Positions 1 to 9,409 of a stretch of DNA of 64,000 nt are shown one piece after another. A model generated the notes under the pieces. That model saw only the letters and a program-made list of their open reading frames with translations. It was not told the origin of the DNA and made no database searches. Source of the stretch: Flavobacteriia bacterium (GTDB taxonomy: Bacteria; Bacteroidota; Bacteroidia; Flavobacteriales; Flavobacteriaceae); contig JAABRF010000002.1 in NCBI GenBank assembly GCA_011391075.1, positions 5,280-69,279 of the forward strand, given 5' to 3'. The position numbers and the translations under genes were made by a program. Numbering within the stretch: the first letter of the stretch is position 1; each line of letters opens with the position of its first letter.

Positions 1-597
1 AAAAAGCATGTAAATAAATGCCGTAAGTAAGAATAAAAGTAATGCAACAGGACCTTTGGTAAGAATAGCGAGACCTATAAAAAATGCAGACAAACCCGTT
101 CTATACCATTTACTTTTATCTCCTTGAGAAAACAAAATAAATTGATAAATCCCCAAAAAGATAAATAAATTAAACAAAGGATCAATGATTCCGGATTTGA
201 AATAGAGAAAAGTCAATACTGATAAAGCATGAGCAAACATCCAAATCCATCCAAATTTTTCATTGATCAGCTTTTTCCCAATGCTAAAAAGGGTCATAAG
301 AGTTGCGATTCCTACCAATGCATTCGGAAATCTTGCAGCAAATTCATTGATTCCAAAAACATGCATACTCAAGGCTTGTAACCAAATAAATAGTGGTGGT
401 TTTTCCCAGAAAACTTCATAATTAATCTGAACATCTAGATAATTGCCCGATACGAGCATTTCTCTGGCAGATTCGGCAAAATTAATTTCATCCCAATCAA
501 ACAAATGCACACTACCTAGGAAAGGCATGTACAATACTACACCTATCAAAGCAATAAATAGGTAGGATGCGTATTTGAAACTAAAAATTGTTTTCAA
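1..597 (-). CDS. N-terminal part of an ArnT/PMT-like (GT39/GT83 family) membrane glycosyltransferase; the 3' end runs off the window; likely TTG start near 597 or ATG at 528
   Basis: Reverse-strand translation gives ...KTIFSFKYASYLFIALIGVVLYMPFLGSVHLFDWDEINFAESAREM...YEVFWEKPPLFIW..., a hydrophobic TM helix followed by the DE..(F/Y)A..A.EM / KPPL signature of ArnT/PMT glycosyltransferases. It is absent from the ORF track because it is truncated by the window edge. Confidence 0.5.
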   Translation of the reverse strand, partial: MKTIFSFKYASYLFIALIGVVLYMPFLGSVHLFDWDEINFAESAREMLVSGNYLDVQINYEVFWEKPPLFIWLQALSMHVFGINEFAARFPNALVGIATLMTLFSIGKKLINEKFGWIWMFAHALSVLTFLYFKSGIIDPLFNLFIFLGIYQFILFSQGDKSKWYRTGLSAFFIGLAILTKGPVALLLFLLTAFIYMLF

Positions 598-748
598 AAA
601 TAAATAGCTTATAATTAAGTTTCAAAAATACTAAATTTAAAGACTTGTTTGAACAACAATCACAAATCTACAGTTTGTGTAATTTAAAATCCGCATTTAT
701 ATAGATTGTTTTAAACTTTGAACTATTCCAAAATCATATTAATTTGAT

Positions 749-800
749 ATGACTTTCATATGGCTTTCATATGGCTTTCATATGGCTTTGATATGGCTTT
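749..800. repeat. Tandem direct repeat of an 11-bp unit (tcatatggctt, about 4.5 copies)
   Basis: Direct reading: gactttcatatggctttcatatggctttcatatggctttgatatggcttt. Confidence 0.8.
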
Positions 801-1116
801 ACTAAAAGCTTTAGAAAAGTGTTATGAGTAGTTTTGAACAATACAGATGAGGTTGAGTTGTATATTAAAAATATTTCGGTCCATTTAAATGTTAATAGTA
901 TTGGATTAAAAATAGTTTCAAATTGCTTAAATGGGTTAGGCACGAATTAAAATGAGATTTAAACGAAATAAAATTAGATTCTAATATCAATAAAACGCAC
1001 ATGCTATAAGAAAAATAGACCTTTAGATTAGCTAAAAAATATTGTCAAGTAAGCTTTAAATCGTAACTTTGTAACGTCCTGCAAAAATACCCTAGCAAGA
1101 CCACTAAATTATATAT

Positions 1117-3177
1117 ATGTCTAGAATTGATATTCAACAGTTGACGTTGGACATTCACCAACTTAAAAAACCCAAATTCAAACACGAAAATTTTATTGCC
1201 GGTAAACCACCTTATTTAAGAGGCCCTTATGCGACCATGTTTGTACAACAACCTTGGACCATTCGTCAGTATGCCGGTTTCTCCACAGCCGAAGAAAGCA
1301 ACGCTTTTTACCGTCGTAATCTGGCAGCCGGACAAAAAGGTTTGTCTGTAGCATTTGATCTCGCTACCCATCGAGGATATGATTCCGATCATGAACGGGT
1401 GCAAGGAGATGTAGGAAAAGCCGGAGTAGCCATAGATTCAGTCGAAGATATGAAAATTTTATTTGACCAAATTCCATTGGATCAAATGTCGGTTTCTATG
1501 ACTATGAATGGAGCTGTATTGCCTATTATGGCCTTTTATATCGTTACAGCATTGGAACAAGGCGTAACACTTGACAAACTCTCTGGGACTATTCAAAACG
1601 ACATTCTCAAAGAATTTATGGTTCGTAATACGTATATATATCCACCCGAACCTTCCATGCGAATCATCGCTGATATTTTTGCTTTTACCAGTAAAAATAT
1701 GCCCAAATTCAACAGCATTTCCATTTCAGGATATCACATGCAAGAAGCCGGTGCTACACCTGAAATCGAATTGGCATACACTTTAGCTGATGGATTGGAA
1801 TACATCCGTACCGGTTTAAAAGCAGGTATGCAAATTGATGCATTTGCACCTCGACTTTCCTTTTTCTGGGCAGTTGGGATGAATCATTTCAAGGAAATTG
1901 CCAAGATGCGTGCTGCTCGTTTGCTTTGGTCTAAATTGGTTCAAACTTTTGACCCAAAAAATGCCAAATCACTTTCCCTTCGTACCCATTGTCAGACAAG
2001 TGGTTGGAGTTTAACCGAACAAGACCCATTCAACAATGTGACGCGTACGGTTACAGAAGCATTGGCTGCAGCTTTAGGTGGAACGCAATCATTGCACACC
2101 AATGCATTGGACGAAGCCATCGCACTGCCTACAGATTTTTCGGCACGTATCGCTCGAAATACTCAAATATATTTACAACAAGAAACCCAAATAACGCGTA
2201 CCGTTGACCCTTGGGCAGGTTCTGAATACGTAGAAAAACTGACTGCTGAAATCGCAGAAAAAGCTTGGACACTGATTCAGGAAGTAGAAGAATTGGGTGG
2301 TATGACCAAAGCCATTGAAAAAGGCATTCCCAAAATGCGTATCGAAGCGGCTGCTGCTGAAAAACAAGCCCGAATAGACAGCGGACAAGATATTATTGTA
2401 GGGGTAAACAAATATCAATTGGCACACGAAGATGCTATTGACACATTGGAAGTAGACAACGATGCCGTGAGAACTTCTCAAATCATACGACTACAAACCC
2501 TAAAAAATGCAAGAGATACCAAAAAAGTAATTCAATCTCTAAAAGCGTTGACCGAGGCAGCAGAATCAGGTCGGGAAAATTTATTAGCTTTGGCCATTGA
2601 AGCCGCTCAAAACCGGGCAACATTAGGGGAGATTTCCGATGCCTTGGAAATCATTTATGGCAGGCATCAAGCGACACATAAAACCATTTCAGGCGTGTAC
2701 AAAAAAACCATACAAGACGATACTTTATTTAAAAAAGCCTCGCAACTAGCCGATCAATTTGCGGCATTGGAAGGTCGTCGTCCACGGATCATGATTGCCA
2801 AAATGGGTCAGGATGGTCACGATCGAGGAGCCAAAGTAGTGGCTACCGGTTTTGCCGATTTGGGATTTGATGTCGACATTGGCGCCTTATTTCAAGCCCC
2901 GAAGGAAACTGCCAAACAAGCTGTTGAAAATGATGTGCATGTATTGGGTGTATCTTCATTGGCTGCCGGACACAAAACGCTGATTCCACAAGTCATAGAA
3001 GAACTCAAAAAATACGAACGCGAAGATATGTTGGTCATTGCCGGTGGCGTAATACCTGCAAAAGATTATCAATTTTTATTTGATGCCGGTGTTTCGGGTG
3101 TTTTTGGTCCGGGAACGCAATTGGCTAAAGCAGCTATTGATATTTTAGAAATATTGATAAAACGAGTTCATTCTTAA
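1117..3177 (+). CDS. Methylmalonyl-CoA mutase family protein, single chain with catalytic TIM-barrel and C-terminal B12-binding domain
   Basis: N-terminal [66 protein letters not shown] is the classic MCM alpha signature. The C-terminus has the cobalamin-binding DxHxxG motif ([28 protein letters not shown]). Confidence 0.85.
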   Translation: MSRIDIQQLTLDIHQLKKPKFKHENFIAGKPPYLRGPYATMFVQQPWTIRQYAGFSTAEESNAFYRRNLAAGQKGLSVAFDLATHRGYDSDHERVQGDVGKAGVAIDSVEDMKILFDQIPLDQMSVSMTMNGAVLPIMAFYIVTALEQGVTLDKLSGTIQNDILKEFMVRNTYIYPPEPSMRIIADIFAFTSKNMPKFNSISISGYHMQEAGATPEIELAYTLADGLEYIRTGLKAGMQIDAFAPRLSFFWAVGMNHFKEIAKMRAARLLWSKLVQTFDPKNAKSLSLRTHCQTSGWSLTEQDPFNNVTRTVTEALAAALGGTQSLHTNALDEAIALPTDFSARIARNTQIYLQQETQITRTVDPWAGSEYVEKLTAEIAEKAWTLIQEVEELGGMTKAIEKGIPKMRIEAAAAEKQARIDSGQDIIVGVNKYQLAHEDAIDTLEVDNDAVRTSQIIRLQTLKNARDTKKVIQSLKALTEAAESGRENLLALAIEAAQNRATLGEISDALEIIYGRHQATHKTISGVYKKTIQDDTLFKKASQLADQFAALEGRRPRIMIAKMGQDGHDRGAKVVATGFADLGFDVDIGALFQAPKETAKQAVENDVHVLGVSSLAAGHKTLIPQVIEELKKYEREDMLVIAGGVIPAKDYQFLFDAGVSGVFGPGTQLAKAAIDILEILIKRVHS

Positions 3178-3182
3178 TCAAA

Positions 3183-3299
3183 ATTTTAATAATTTCAGCA
3201 TGCCTGTTTGATGAACAGTCTGCATTTTTACAATATAGTTTCCAGCTTTAAGAGAGCTAATGTCGATTGATGCAGTTTTTGACTTTGTTTCAATCCTCA
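3183..3299 (-). pseudogene. Remnant of a T9SS C-terminal sorting domain (3' fragment of a decayed secreted-protein gene); the stop-to-stop open frame extends to about 3389
   Basis: Reverse translation ...KGVYSMRIETKSKTASIDISSLKAGNYIVKMQTVHQTGMLKLLKF* resembles the last two beta-strands of Por/T9SS CTDs (xIDxSxLxxGxYxVKxxT....KLxK). No upstream coding partner; it sits between convergent genes. Confidence 0.35.
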
Positions 3300-3401
3300 T
3301 GAGTATACTCCCTTTTTTAGAAAAAAGTATTTCTGCCTAGGGATCTTGTGCTCTATTGGGGTATACTGAAAAGATTGCCGCTTTTCTTACAAAAAATAAT
3401 A

Positions 3402-4040
3402 CTACTTTTTAAAAATAGAAAACTTTGTCCCCAATAAATAGGCAAAAACAGCAATTATAAAACCTATCAAGGATCCACCTATAACGTCTTCAAAAAAATG
3501 TTGTGAAAGGTAAATTCTACTTATTCCAGCCAGTATAGCCAATAATAACCAGATTGATTTATAGTAAAATTTATTTGAAATAAAAATCATTAGAAAAAAC
3601 ATAGCAAAAGCACTCATGGTATGACCTGATGGAAACGAATGCCAATGTCTCATGTGTTCGCCTACAATCAAATGTAGCCTATCTCCAAATACTTCATAAG
3701 GACGTGGGTAATTGTAGCAAATATAGTTTTTCAATACAAAACTCGTCAAAAGAGTCATTAGGCTGCCCATGAGAAAAACGGTAAACATTTCTCTTCTTTT
3801 CCACAAAACAATTAAAACGGCAACCAAAAACACCATGCCATCCCCCAAATAGGTTGCATATTTGAAAAAATAATCAAAAGTGAGACTATGAAAACTATTT
3901 ATTTCTAAATGTAAACTGTATTTATCAGTACTGAAAACAATGTACATTCCTATAATTTGTATGATTATGAAAGCAAGAATAAATAACAAGTTTTTATGTA
4001 TTACTTCACGGAATTTTGAGGGAAAGCTATTGTTTATCAA
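3402..4040 (-). CDS. PAP2-family membrane phosphatase (phosphatidic acid phosphatase type 2)
   Basis: PAP2 motifs KxxxxxxRP-like, PSGH (SFPSGHTMSAFA) and SRxxxxxHxxxD (SRIYLSQHFFEDVIGG); multiple TM segments. Confidence 0.7.
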   Translation of the reverse strand: MINNSFPSKFREVIHKNLLFILAFIIIQIIGMYIVFSTDKYSLHLEINSFHSLTFDYFFKYATYLGDGMVFLVAVLIVLWKRREMFTVFLMGSLMTLLTSFVLKNYICYNYPRPYEVFGDRLHLIVGEHMRHWHSFPSGHTMSAFAMFFLMIFISNKFYYKSIWLLLAILAGISRIYLSQHFFEDVIGGSLIGFIIAVFAYLLGTKFSIFKK

Positions 4041-4318
4041 TTTTAATAGATTTAAAATTAGAAAACAAAAATAGACTTTTAAATAGAATAGGATTACAAG
4101 AATTGGGAAAAAAGACTTGAAGTTATAGAAAAGAAAACCGGAACACGAAATAAGTTTACACTACACTTCAAGTTCCGGAAATCAATCTAAAAACTACTAA
4201 CTAAAAATTTTTGTTTTTACCATGAAATTATATTGACGGTAATAACAGGGACAAATTTATATGAGTGAAATAAATTAAACCCTGACATTTGTCATTTTTC
4301 AGAAAAATAATTGCAAAA

Positions 4319-5365
4319 TTATTCAGAATCTGTCTCTTGAAGATTGCTGTATTTCGAATAGTTTCTCCATTTCTCCAAAACAGCTTGAAAATCGGCGGGT
4401 AATTCAGAATCAAAATGAAGTAATTCACGTGTTATGGGATGTTCAAAACCCAAAGTCTTGGCATGTAGTGCCTGACGAGGAATGAGTTGGAAACAATTTT
4501 GAACAAATTGTTGATATTTTGAAAAAGTAGTGCCTTTCAATATTTTATTTCCACCATATCGGCTATCGTTGAATAAAGTATGACCGATGTGTTTCATATG
4601 AACCCTGATTTGGTGCGTTCGACCGGTTTCCAATTTACACATCACCAAAGTCACATATTGAAAACGCTCCACTACTCTGTAATGGGTCACTGCTTCTTTC
4701 CCTATTTCGCTACCTTCGGGGAAAACAGTCATTTCCATACGATTGACCGGATGTCGGCCTACATTTCCTACAATTGTACCTTCATCTTGTTCTACATTGC
4801 CCCAAACCAATGCATAATAGATACGGGCAGTTTTCTTGTAATAAAACTGTCGTCCTAGCGAAGCCATAGCTTCATCGGTTTTGGCCAAGACAATTAGTCC
4901 GCTGGTTTCTTTATCAATCCTATGAATGAGTCCGGGATAACGTTTGGGTGCAGTAGGTAAATTTTCATAGTGAAACAAAACCGCATTGATCAATGTCCCG
5001 GTATAGTTTCCATGTCCGGGATGTACGACCATGTTGGGCGCTTTATTGACCACAATTACTTGGTCATCTTCAAAAACAATATCAATAGGAATATCCTCAG
5101 GAATTAGTAAATGTTCATAGGGTGGATATTCAAAAACAATTTGAACTTCGTCTCCCGGTTTAACTTTATAATTGGGTGAAACGGCTTCGCCATTTACAAT
5201 CACATGTCCATGTTTTGCAGCTAAAGAAATCTTATTACGAGACGAATTGACAATAAAATTGTTCAAAAACTTATCAACCCGCAACGGTTCTTGTCCGGGA
5301 GCAGCTACAAATCTGTAATGCTCATAACCTTCATTAGGGTCAAATGGTTTATCTTCTGTATTCAT
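4319..5365 (-). CDS. rluD: RluA-family 23S rRNA pseudouridine synthase (RluD-like, N-terminal S4 domain)
   Basis: HRIDKETSGLIVLAKT catalytic motif (HRLDxxTSG family), S4-like N-terminus, and the conserved ddl-PASTA-rluD neighbourhood. Confidence 0.8.
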   Translation of the reverse strand: MNTEDKPFDPNEGYEHYRFVAAPGQEPLRVDKFLNNFIVNSSRNKISLAAKHGHVIVNGEAVSPNYKVKPGDEVQIVFEYPPYEHLLIPEDIPIDIVFEDDQVIVVNKAPNMVVHPGHGNYTGTLINAVLFHYENLPTAPKRYPGLIHRIDKETSGLIVLAKTDEAMASLGRQFYYKKTARIYYALVWGNVEQDEGTIVGNVGRHPVNRMEMTVFPEGSEIGKEAVTHYRVVERFQYVTLVMCKLETGRTHQIRVHMKHIGHTLFNDSRYGGNKILKGTTFSKYQQFVQNCFQLIPRQALHAKTLGFEHPITRELLHFDSELPADFQAVLEKWRNYSKYSNLQETDSE

Positions 5366-5458
5366 TCGAAAATTTCTTCACAATATTACGACAATCCGTA
5401 TTTCGGATTATTCAATTCCTTACATTTTTCCTTTCAACCTCCAAAAATATTGTTGAAT

Positions 5459-6070
5459 TTATAAATTTGGGTCAATGCCTTCTGTTGCAGATTCTTCGCC
5501 CGGTTGTAATTCTTCTTCTGGTGCACCTTCACCTAAAATCAAAGTCAAAACGGATTTTTTGGGTAATTTATCACCAGCTTCTAATTTTTTTCCATTAAAC
5601 ATCAATCCTCGAACGACATCTTTACCAATATCTGGTACATACACATATTTACCACTGATTTCAAAACCAATGGCTTTGAGTGTACTTTCCACATTGCGTT
5701 TGGTCTTACCTTGAAATTCAGGAATGGTAACTACCCTATATCCTGATGAATTTAAGGTAATGTATATCTTTCGATTGGATTTTACAATATCTCCGGCTTT
5801 AGGATTGTGCTTAATAACAGAATTTCTGGGAAAATTGGGATCAAAATCAGCTGAGTCCTGCACAACCATTCTCAAATCCATGTCATCGATAATACGCTCG
5901 GCTTCGCTCAATGATTTTTTGGTCAAATCGGGAACTTGAATTTTTTGATTGTGATGGGTAATCCACCTCAAAGAGTGAAACACAATAAAAAAGAACAAGC
6001 CAAATCCCACTAAAGCTAATATCAGTTGTCTTAGAAATAATTTAGTCTTTATAAAGTCAATCAAACTCAT
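5459..6070 (-). CDS. PASTA domain-containing membrane-anchored protein
   Basis: N-terminal TM helix followed by PASTA-like beta-rich domains. It lies between rluD and ddl, as in Flavobacteriia. Confidence 0.55.
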   Translation of the reverse strand: MSLIDFIKTKLFLRQLILALVGFGLFFFIVFHSLRWITHHNQKIQVPDLTKKSLSEAERIIDDMDLRMVVQDSADFDPNFPRNSVIKHNPKAGDIVKSNRKIYITLNSSGYRVVTIPEFQGKTKRNVESTLKAIGFEISGKYVYVPDIGKDVVRGLMFNGKKLEAGDKLPKKSVLTLILGEGAPEEELQPGEESATEGIDPNL

Positions 6071-6557
6071 AATGGATGTTTTTGGGCAAAGATAAACTAA
6101 TTTACGATTTTAGCGAATGTTCAATTTTCGAATTTAGACAACCAAACATTTCAACTTCTATATTTTATCAAATTAAATCTAAATTTTTGGGGTAGTTTAT
6201 ATGGTAAAATTTGGTTAAAGGAAATTGAGTTTTTAGACCCAAATAGTCTTCGGGATGGGTCATTAAACTTTTTATTTTTTTAGTAAATATTGATTACTTC
6301 TAGTATGTTTTACCCGTTTAATCTTAATAAACTAAATTTTATTTCTATTAAACTAAGTAAAACACTAATATCATTTAAGCATATAACATAAGATTCAGTC
6401 CATGATCTTTTTTAAAAATATTTTAAATAAAACTACTTTACATTTGATTTATATTAGGCATAAATTTATGAAAACTTTATACATGTTATCTCTTTTAAAA
6501 TTATGTAAATTTGTCCTCAACATTGATCAATTTTATAAACAAACTAAAAATCATTAC

Positions 6558-7544
6558 ATGAGTTCTAAAAAAAATATAGCAGTTGTCATGGGTGGATATT
6601 CTACAGAATATCAAATTTCTTTTAAAAGTGGCAAAGTAGTTTGTGAAAATTTGAATAAAGACCTTTATCGGGTTTTTCCAATTCATATCCTTCGAGAAAA
6701 ATGGGTATATGTAGATGAAAATCAGGTGGAAATTGCCCTAGATAAATCCGATTTTTCGTTCAATCTCAATGGAGCTAAAATTCAATTTGATGCAGTTTTC
6801 AATGCCATTCACGGAAATCCTGGAGAAAATGGGATATTACTAGCTTACTTTGAGCTTTTAGGAATTCCACACACTTCAGACACTTCCTATAAAATGGCGC
6901 TTACTTTCAACAAAAGAGATTGTTTGAGTGTTTTGACTCCTTATGGTATTCCACATGCCAAATCAGTGTATATTAATAAAGGAGATCAAATTGACTATCA
7001 AAAAATAACCGACACAGTTGGTTTACCTTGTTTTGTCAAAGCCAATGCCGCCGGATCTAGTTTTGGGGTCACTAAGGTTTATAAAATTACCGATTTTGAA
7101 AAAGCTTTTGAAAATGCTTTTCAAGAAGATCACGAGGTACTGGTAGAAGAATTTTTAGATGGGACTGAAGTATCGGTAGGTGTTATTACCTACAAAGGAC
7201 AAGTAAAAGTATTACCGATAACAGAAATTGTTTCGGAAAATGACTTTTTTGATTACGAAGCCAAATATTTGGGTAAATCACAAGAAATCACACCTGCGCG
7301 TTTAACAGCCGAACAAGAAAAAGCAGTCATCGAAATTGCTGCTAAAACATATAAGGCATTAGGGATGAAAGGTTTTACTCGAAGTGAATACATTTTTAAG
7401 AATGGGATTCCTCACCTTTTGGAAGTCAATACCGTTCCAGGCATGACCAATGAAAGTATTTTACCTCAGCAAGCGCGTCAGGCAGGAATTTCTTTGGAGG
7501 AATTATTTGGAGCAGCCATTGAAAATGCTTTGAAATCAGCATAA
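6558..7544 (+). CDS. ddl: D-alanine--D-alanine ligase; ORF-track start 6402 is a 5' over-extension
   Basis: From the internal Met: MSSKKNIAVVMGGYSTEYQISFKSGK ... ATP-grasp motifs (GIPHTSDTS, LPCFVKANAAGSSFGVTKV, EEFLDGTEVSVGV, LLEVNTVPGMT). Confidence 0.9.
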   Translation: MSSKKNIAVVMGGYSTEYQISFKSGKVVCENLNKDLYRVFPIHILREKWVYVDENQVEIALDKSDFSFNLNGAKIQFDAVFNAIHGNPGENGILLAYFELLGIPHTSDTSYKMALTFNKRDCLSVLTPYGIPHAKSVYINKGDQIDYQKITDTVGLPCFVKANAAGSSFGVTKVYKITDFEKAFENAFQEDHEVLVEEFLDGTEVSVGVITYKGQVKVLPITEIVSENDFFDYEAKYLGKSQEITPARLTAEQEKAVIEIAAKTYKALGMKGFTRSEYIFKNGIPHLLEVNTVPGMTNESILPQQARQAGISLEELFGAAIENALKSA

Positions 7545-7675
7545 CTTTTGGGTTTACTAATTGTAGGATTGAAAAAACTGATTAGGATAATTGATGAAAA
7601 GGTTAAATAAGTTCATAACAGATATATAGACCCATTTGTTTTATAAATATTTAAACACTTGTTTTAAAAGATAAC

Positions 7676-7712
7676 CGTCGACCGTTGTAATTAAACTACA
7701 ACGGTCGATATG
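7676..7712 (+). terminator. Rho-independent terminator-like hairpin downstream of ddl
   Basis: tcgaccgttgta-attaaac-tacaacggtcga is a 12-bp perfect stem, followed by tatgttttta. Confidence 0.5.
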
Positions 7713-7813
7713 TTTTTATCCTAAACATGTTTACTATATAAGTTATGATTTAAAATAGTTTGATAAAACCATATGAATTAAAATGTTTTAAAAAATTATT
7801 CATTTGAATCACT

Positions 7814-8191
7814 GAAATATGTTTCCGACTAAGTGAAATTAGTTTCCGCTCTAGTGAAATTAGTTTCCGCCTTACTGAAATTAGTTTCCGCCTTACTGAA
7901 ATTAGTTTCCGCCTTAGTGAAATTAGTTTCCGCCCTACTGAAATATGTTTCCGCCTTAGTGTAATTAGTTTCCGCTCTACTGAAATATGTTTCCGCTCTA
8001 CTGAATTATGTTTCCGCCTTAGTGAAATTAGTTTCCGCCCTACTGAAATTAGTTTCCGCCTTAGTGAAATCTATTTCCGCCTTAGTGAAATCAATTTCCG
8101 CCTTAGTGAAATTAGTTTCCGCCCTACTGAAATATGTTTCCGCTCTAGTGAAATCTATTTCCGCCTTACTGAAAATAGTTTCCGCTCTTCT
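7814..8191. repeat. Tandem array of 18 near-identical 21-bp units (consensus GAAATTAGTTTCCGCCTTAGT) plus a degenerate 19th unit and an inverted partial copy at 8209-8223
   Basis: Direct reading: units differ at 1-4 positions. Stop codons in every frame on both strands (tag/tga/taa in each unit), so it is non-coding. Confidence 0.9.
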
Positions 8192-8390
8192 GAATTAAGT
8201 CAAGTATATAGTAAGCGGAAATTTGAATGTAGGTTTACAGGAGTACGATAGGGTATCGGGCTGTTTGATTTCTCTATGGAATGGGGTAATAGTATTGGTT
8301 TGAAGATTATAACTGTAAAAAACCGTAGTGCATTATATACTTGCCACTAATTCACGAATATTTATTAAAATAATGATTTTTTTTTAATTT

Positions 8391-8431
8391 TCACTAATGA
8401 ATTGAATGCTAAGCATTCAATTCATTAGTGT
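8391..8431. repeat. Near-perfect 19-bp inverted repeat (cactaatgaattgaatgct/agcattcaattcattagtg) with A/T runs on both sides; bidirectional terminator-like or protein-binding palindrome
   Basis: Direct reading. It is flanked by imperfect 16-bp inverted repeats at 8321-8336 (aaccgtagtgcattat) and 8531-8547 (ataatacactacgggtt). Confidence 0.6.
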
Positions 8432-8810
8432 GAATATTTTTTTTCATTCACAAAGTTTTAAAATACTTTTAATTAGTGTATTAGTGGCTAGTTTTTAATT
8501 TATTAATAACCTAATTTTATAAAATTATTGATAATACACTACGGGTTGTAGTAGTAAAATTGAATGATATACAGGTTCTAAATTTATTGAATGTATTTAA
8601 ACATACAAATTTTTTTACAGCTAAAGCCAACTGTAACGAGGGTTAAAAAAATATGGAATTGATTTAAAATTATTGAGAAGTAAGTAAGTTAAGTCGATGC
8701 ATTATCTTGAATGGAAGCCATAGATTGGCTATCCTAAAACAATAACCCGATTCCATTCTAACGGATCTTATAAACTTCACAGCCTAATAAACTAATCAGT
8801 TCATTCCATT

Positions 8811-9395
8811 TTATTTACTTTCTTTCAAGACCATATCGATAGTTATAGCCCCTGAAATGATGGCAATTCTGGTTTTTTCATCTTTGAGACCACCCTTGAT
8901 ACTCACATTGTATTTATCGGCTGAGGTAAAGATTTCCTGAACAGCTCCAGCCCATTTTTTACTGATGGTACCTATTTCAGTATGCTGTGCATCTGTAATT
9001 TTAAAATCCCAAGCTTTCCAATCCCCATTGATTTCTGCTATAGGCAGATTCAACTCATTGAGTATGGTAAATTTAGGTTTGAATAATTTAAATTTTTGTT
9101 GGATAGAACCTATGTTGTTGCCATAAGAATCAGAAATACTGATTTTGGACATAAAAAAAGTCCAACCTCTGGAAACAGTAGCCAATACTTTATCGCTATT
9201 GTCTTTGATTTCCAATTTAAACGGAAGCATCGCTTTATTAAGCAACATTCTCAACAATTTTTGACCTGTTGTTAATTTTTGTTTGATATTACCGATTTGA
9301 ACGCCTTGTTCATTAAAAATTTTATAGGAATTCTCAAATTGAAAAAATATAACTTTTTCATCAATAAAAAAGTTATTTGCGTCAAAAAATGCCAT
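8811..9395 (-). CDS. LURP-one-related / scramblase-like (DUF567, Tubby C-terminal-like fold) protein
   Basis: 194-aa soluble protein with repeated beta-strand pattern and an internal short hydrophobic core (WDFKITDA..., ISISDSYGNNIGSIQQKF) typical of the LOR family. Assigned by pattern recognition only. Confidence 0.4.
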   Translation of the reverse strand: MAFFDANNFFIDEKVIFFQFENSYKIFNEQGVQIGNIKQKLTTGQKLLRMLLNKAMLPFKLEIKDNSDKVLATVSRGWTFFMSKISISDSYGNNIGSIQQKFKLFKPKFTILNELNLPIAEINGDWKAWDFKITDAQHTEIGTISKKWAGAVQEIFTSADKYNVSIKGGLKDEKTRIAIISGAITIDMVLKESK

Positions 9396-9409
9396 AGTAG
9401 AGGGTTTTT

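Noticed and set aside
850-1116. Cobalamin riboswitch upstream of the B12-dependent mutase
   Set aside because: No B12-box (AGYCMGgAgaCCkGCc-like) or conserved riboswitch stems could be found by eye.
1216-2481. Several 60-100-aa ORFs on the opposite strand or other frames inside the mutase gene (1216..1404, 1571..1786, 1989..2207, 2173..2481)
   Set aside because: They are entirely embedded in a strongly supported CDS and have no motif support, so they are shadow ORFs. The same applies to the small internal ORFs within susC, susD, uxaA, the MFS gene, the metalloprotease and others.
6402-6557. 5' extension of the ddl ORF (MIFFKNILNK...)
   Set aside because: Low-complexity AT-rich extension. 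The conserved Ddl N-terminus begins at the internal Met (MSSKKNIAVVMGGYS), so the true start was placed at about 6558.
7814-8191. Possible CRISPR array
   Set aside because: Units are contiguous 21-mers with no unique spacers between them, and no cas genes are nearby. It is a tandem minisatellite or iteron-like array, not CRISPR.
7545-8810. Chromosomal replication origin (oriC) in the long gene-free gap
   Set aside because: No convincing DnaA boxes (TTATCCACA / TGTGGATAA) and no dnaA or dnaN nearby. Only ttatcctaa-like partial matches. Kept only as a low-probability alternative in the tandem-array finding.
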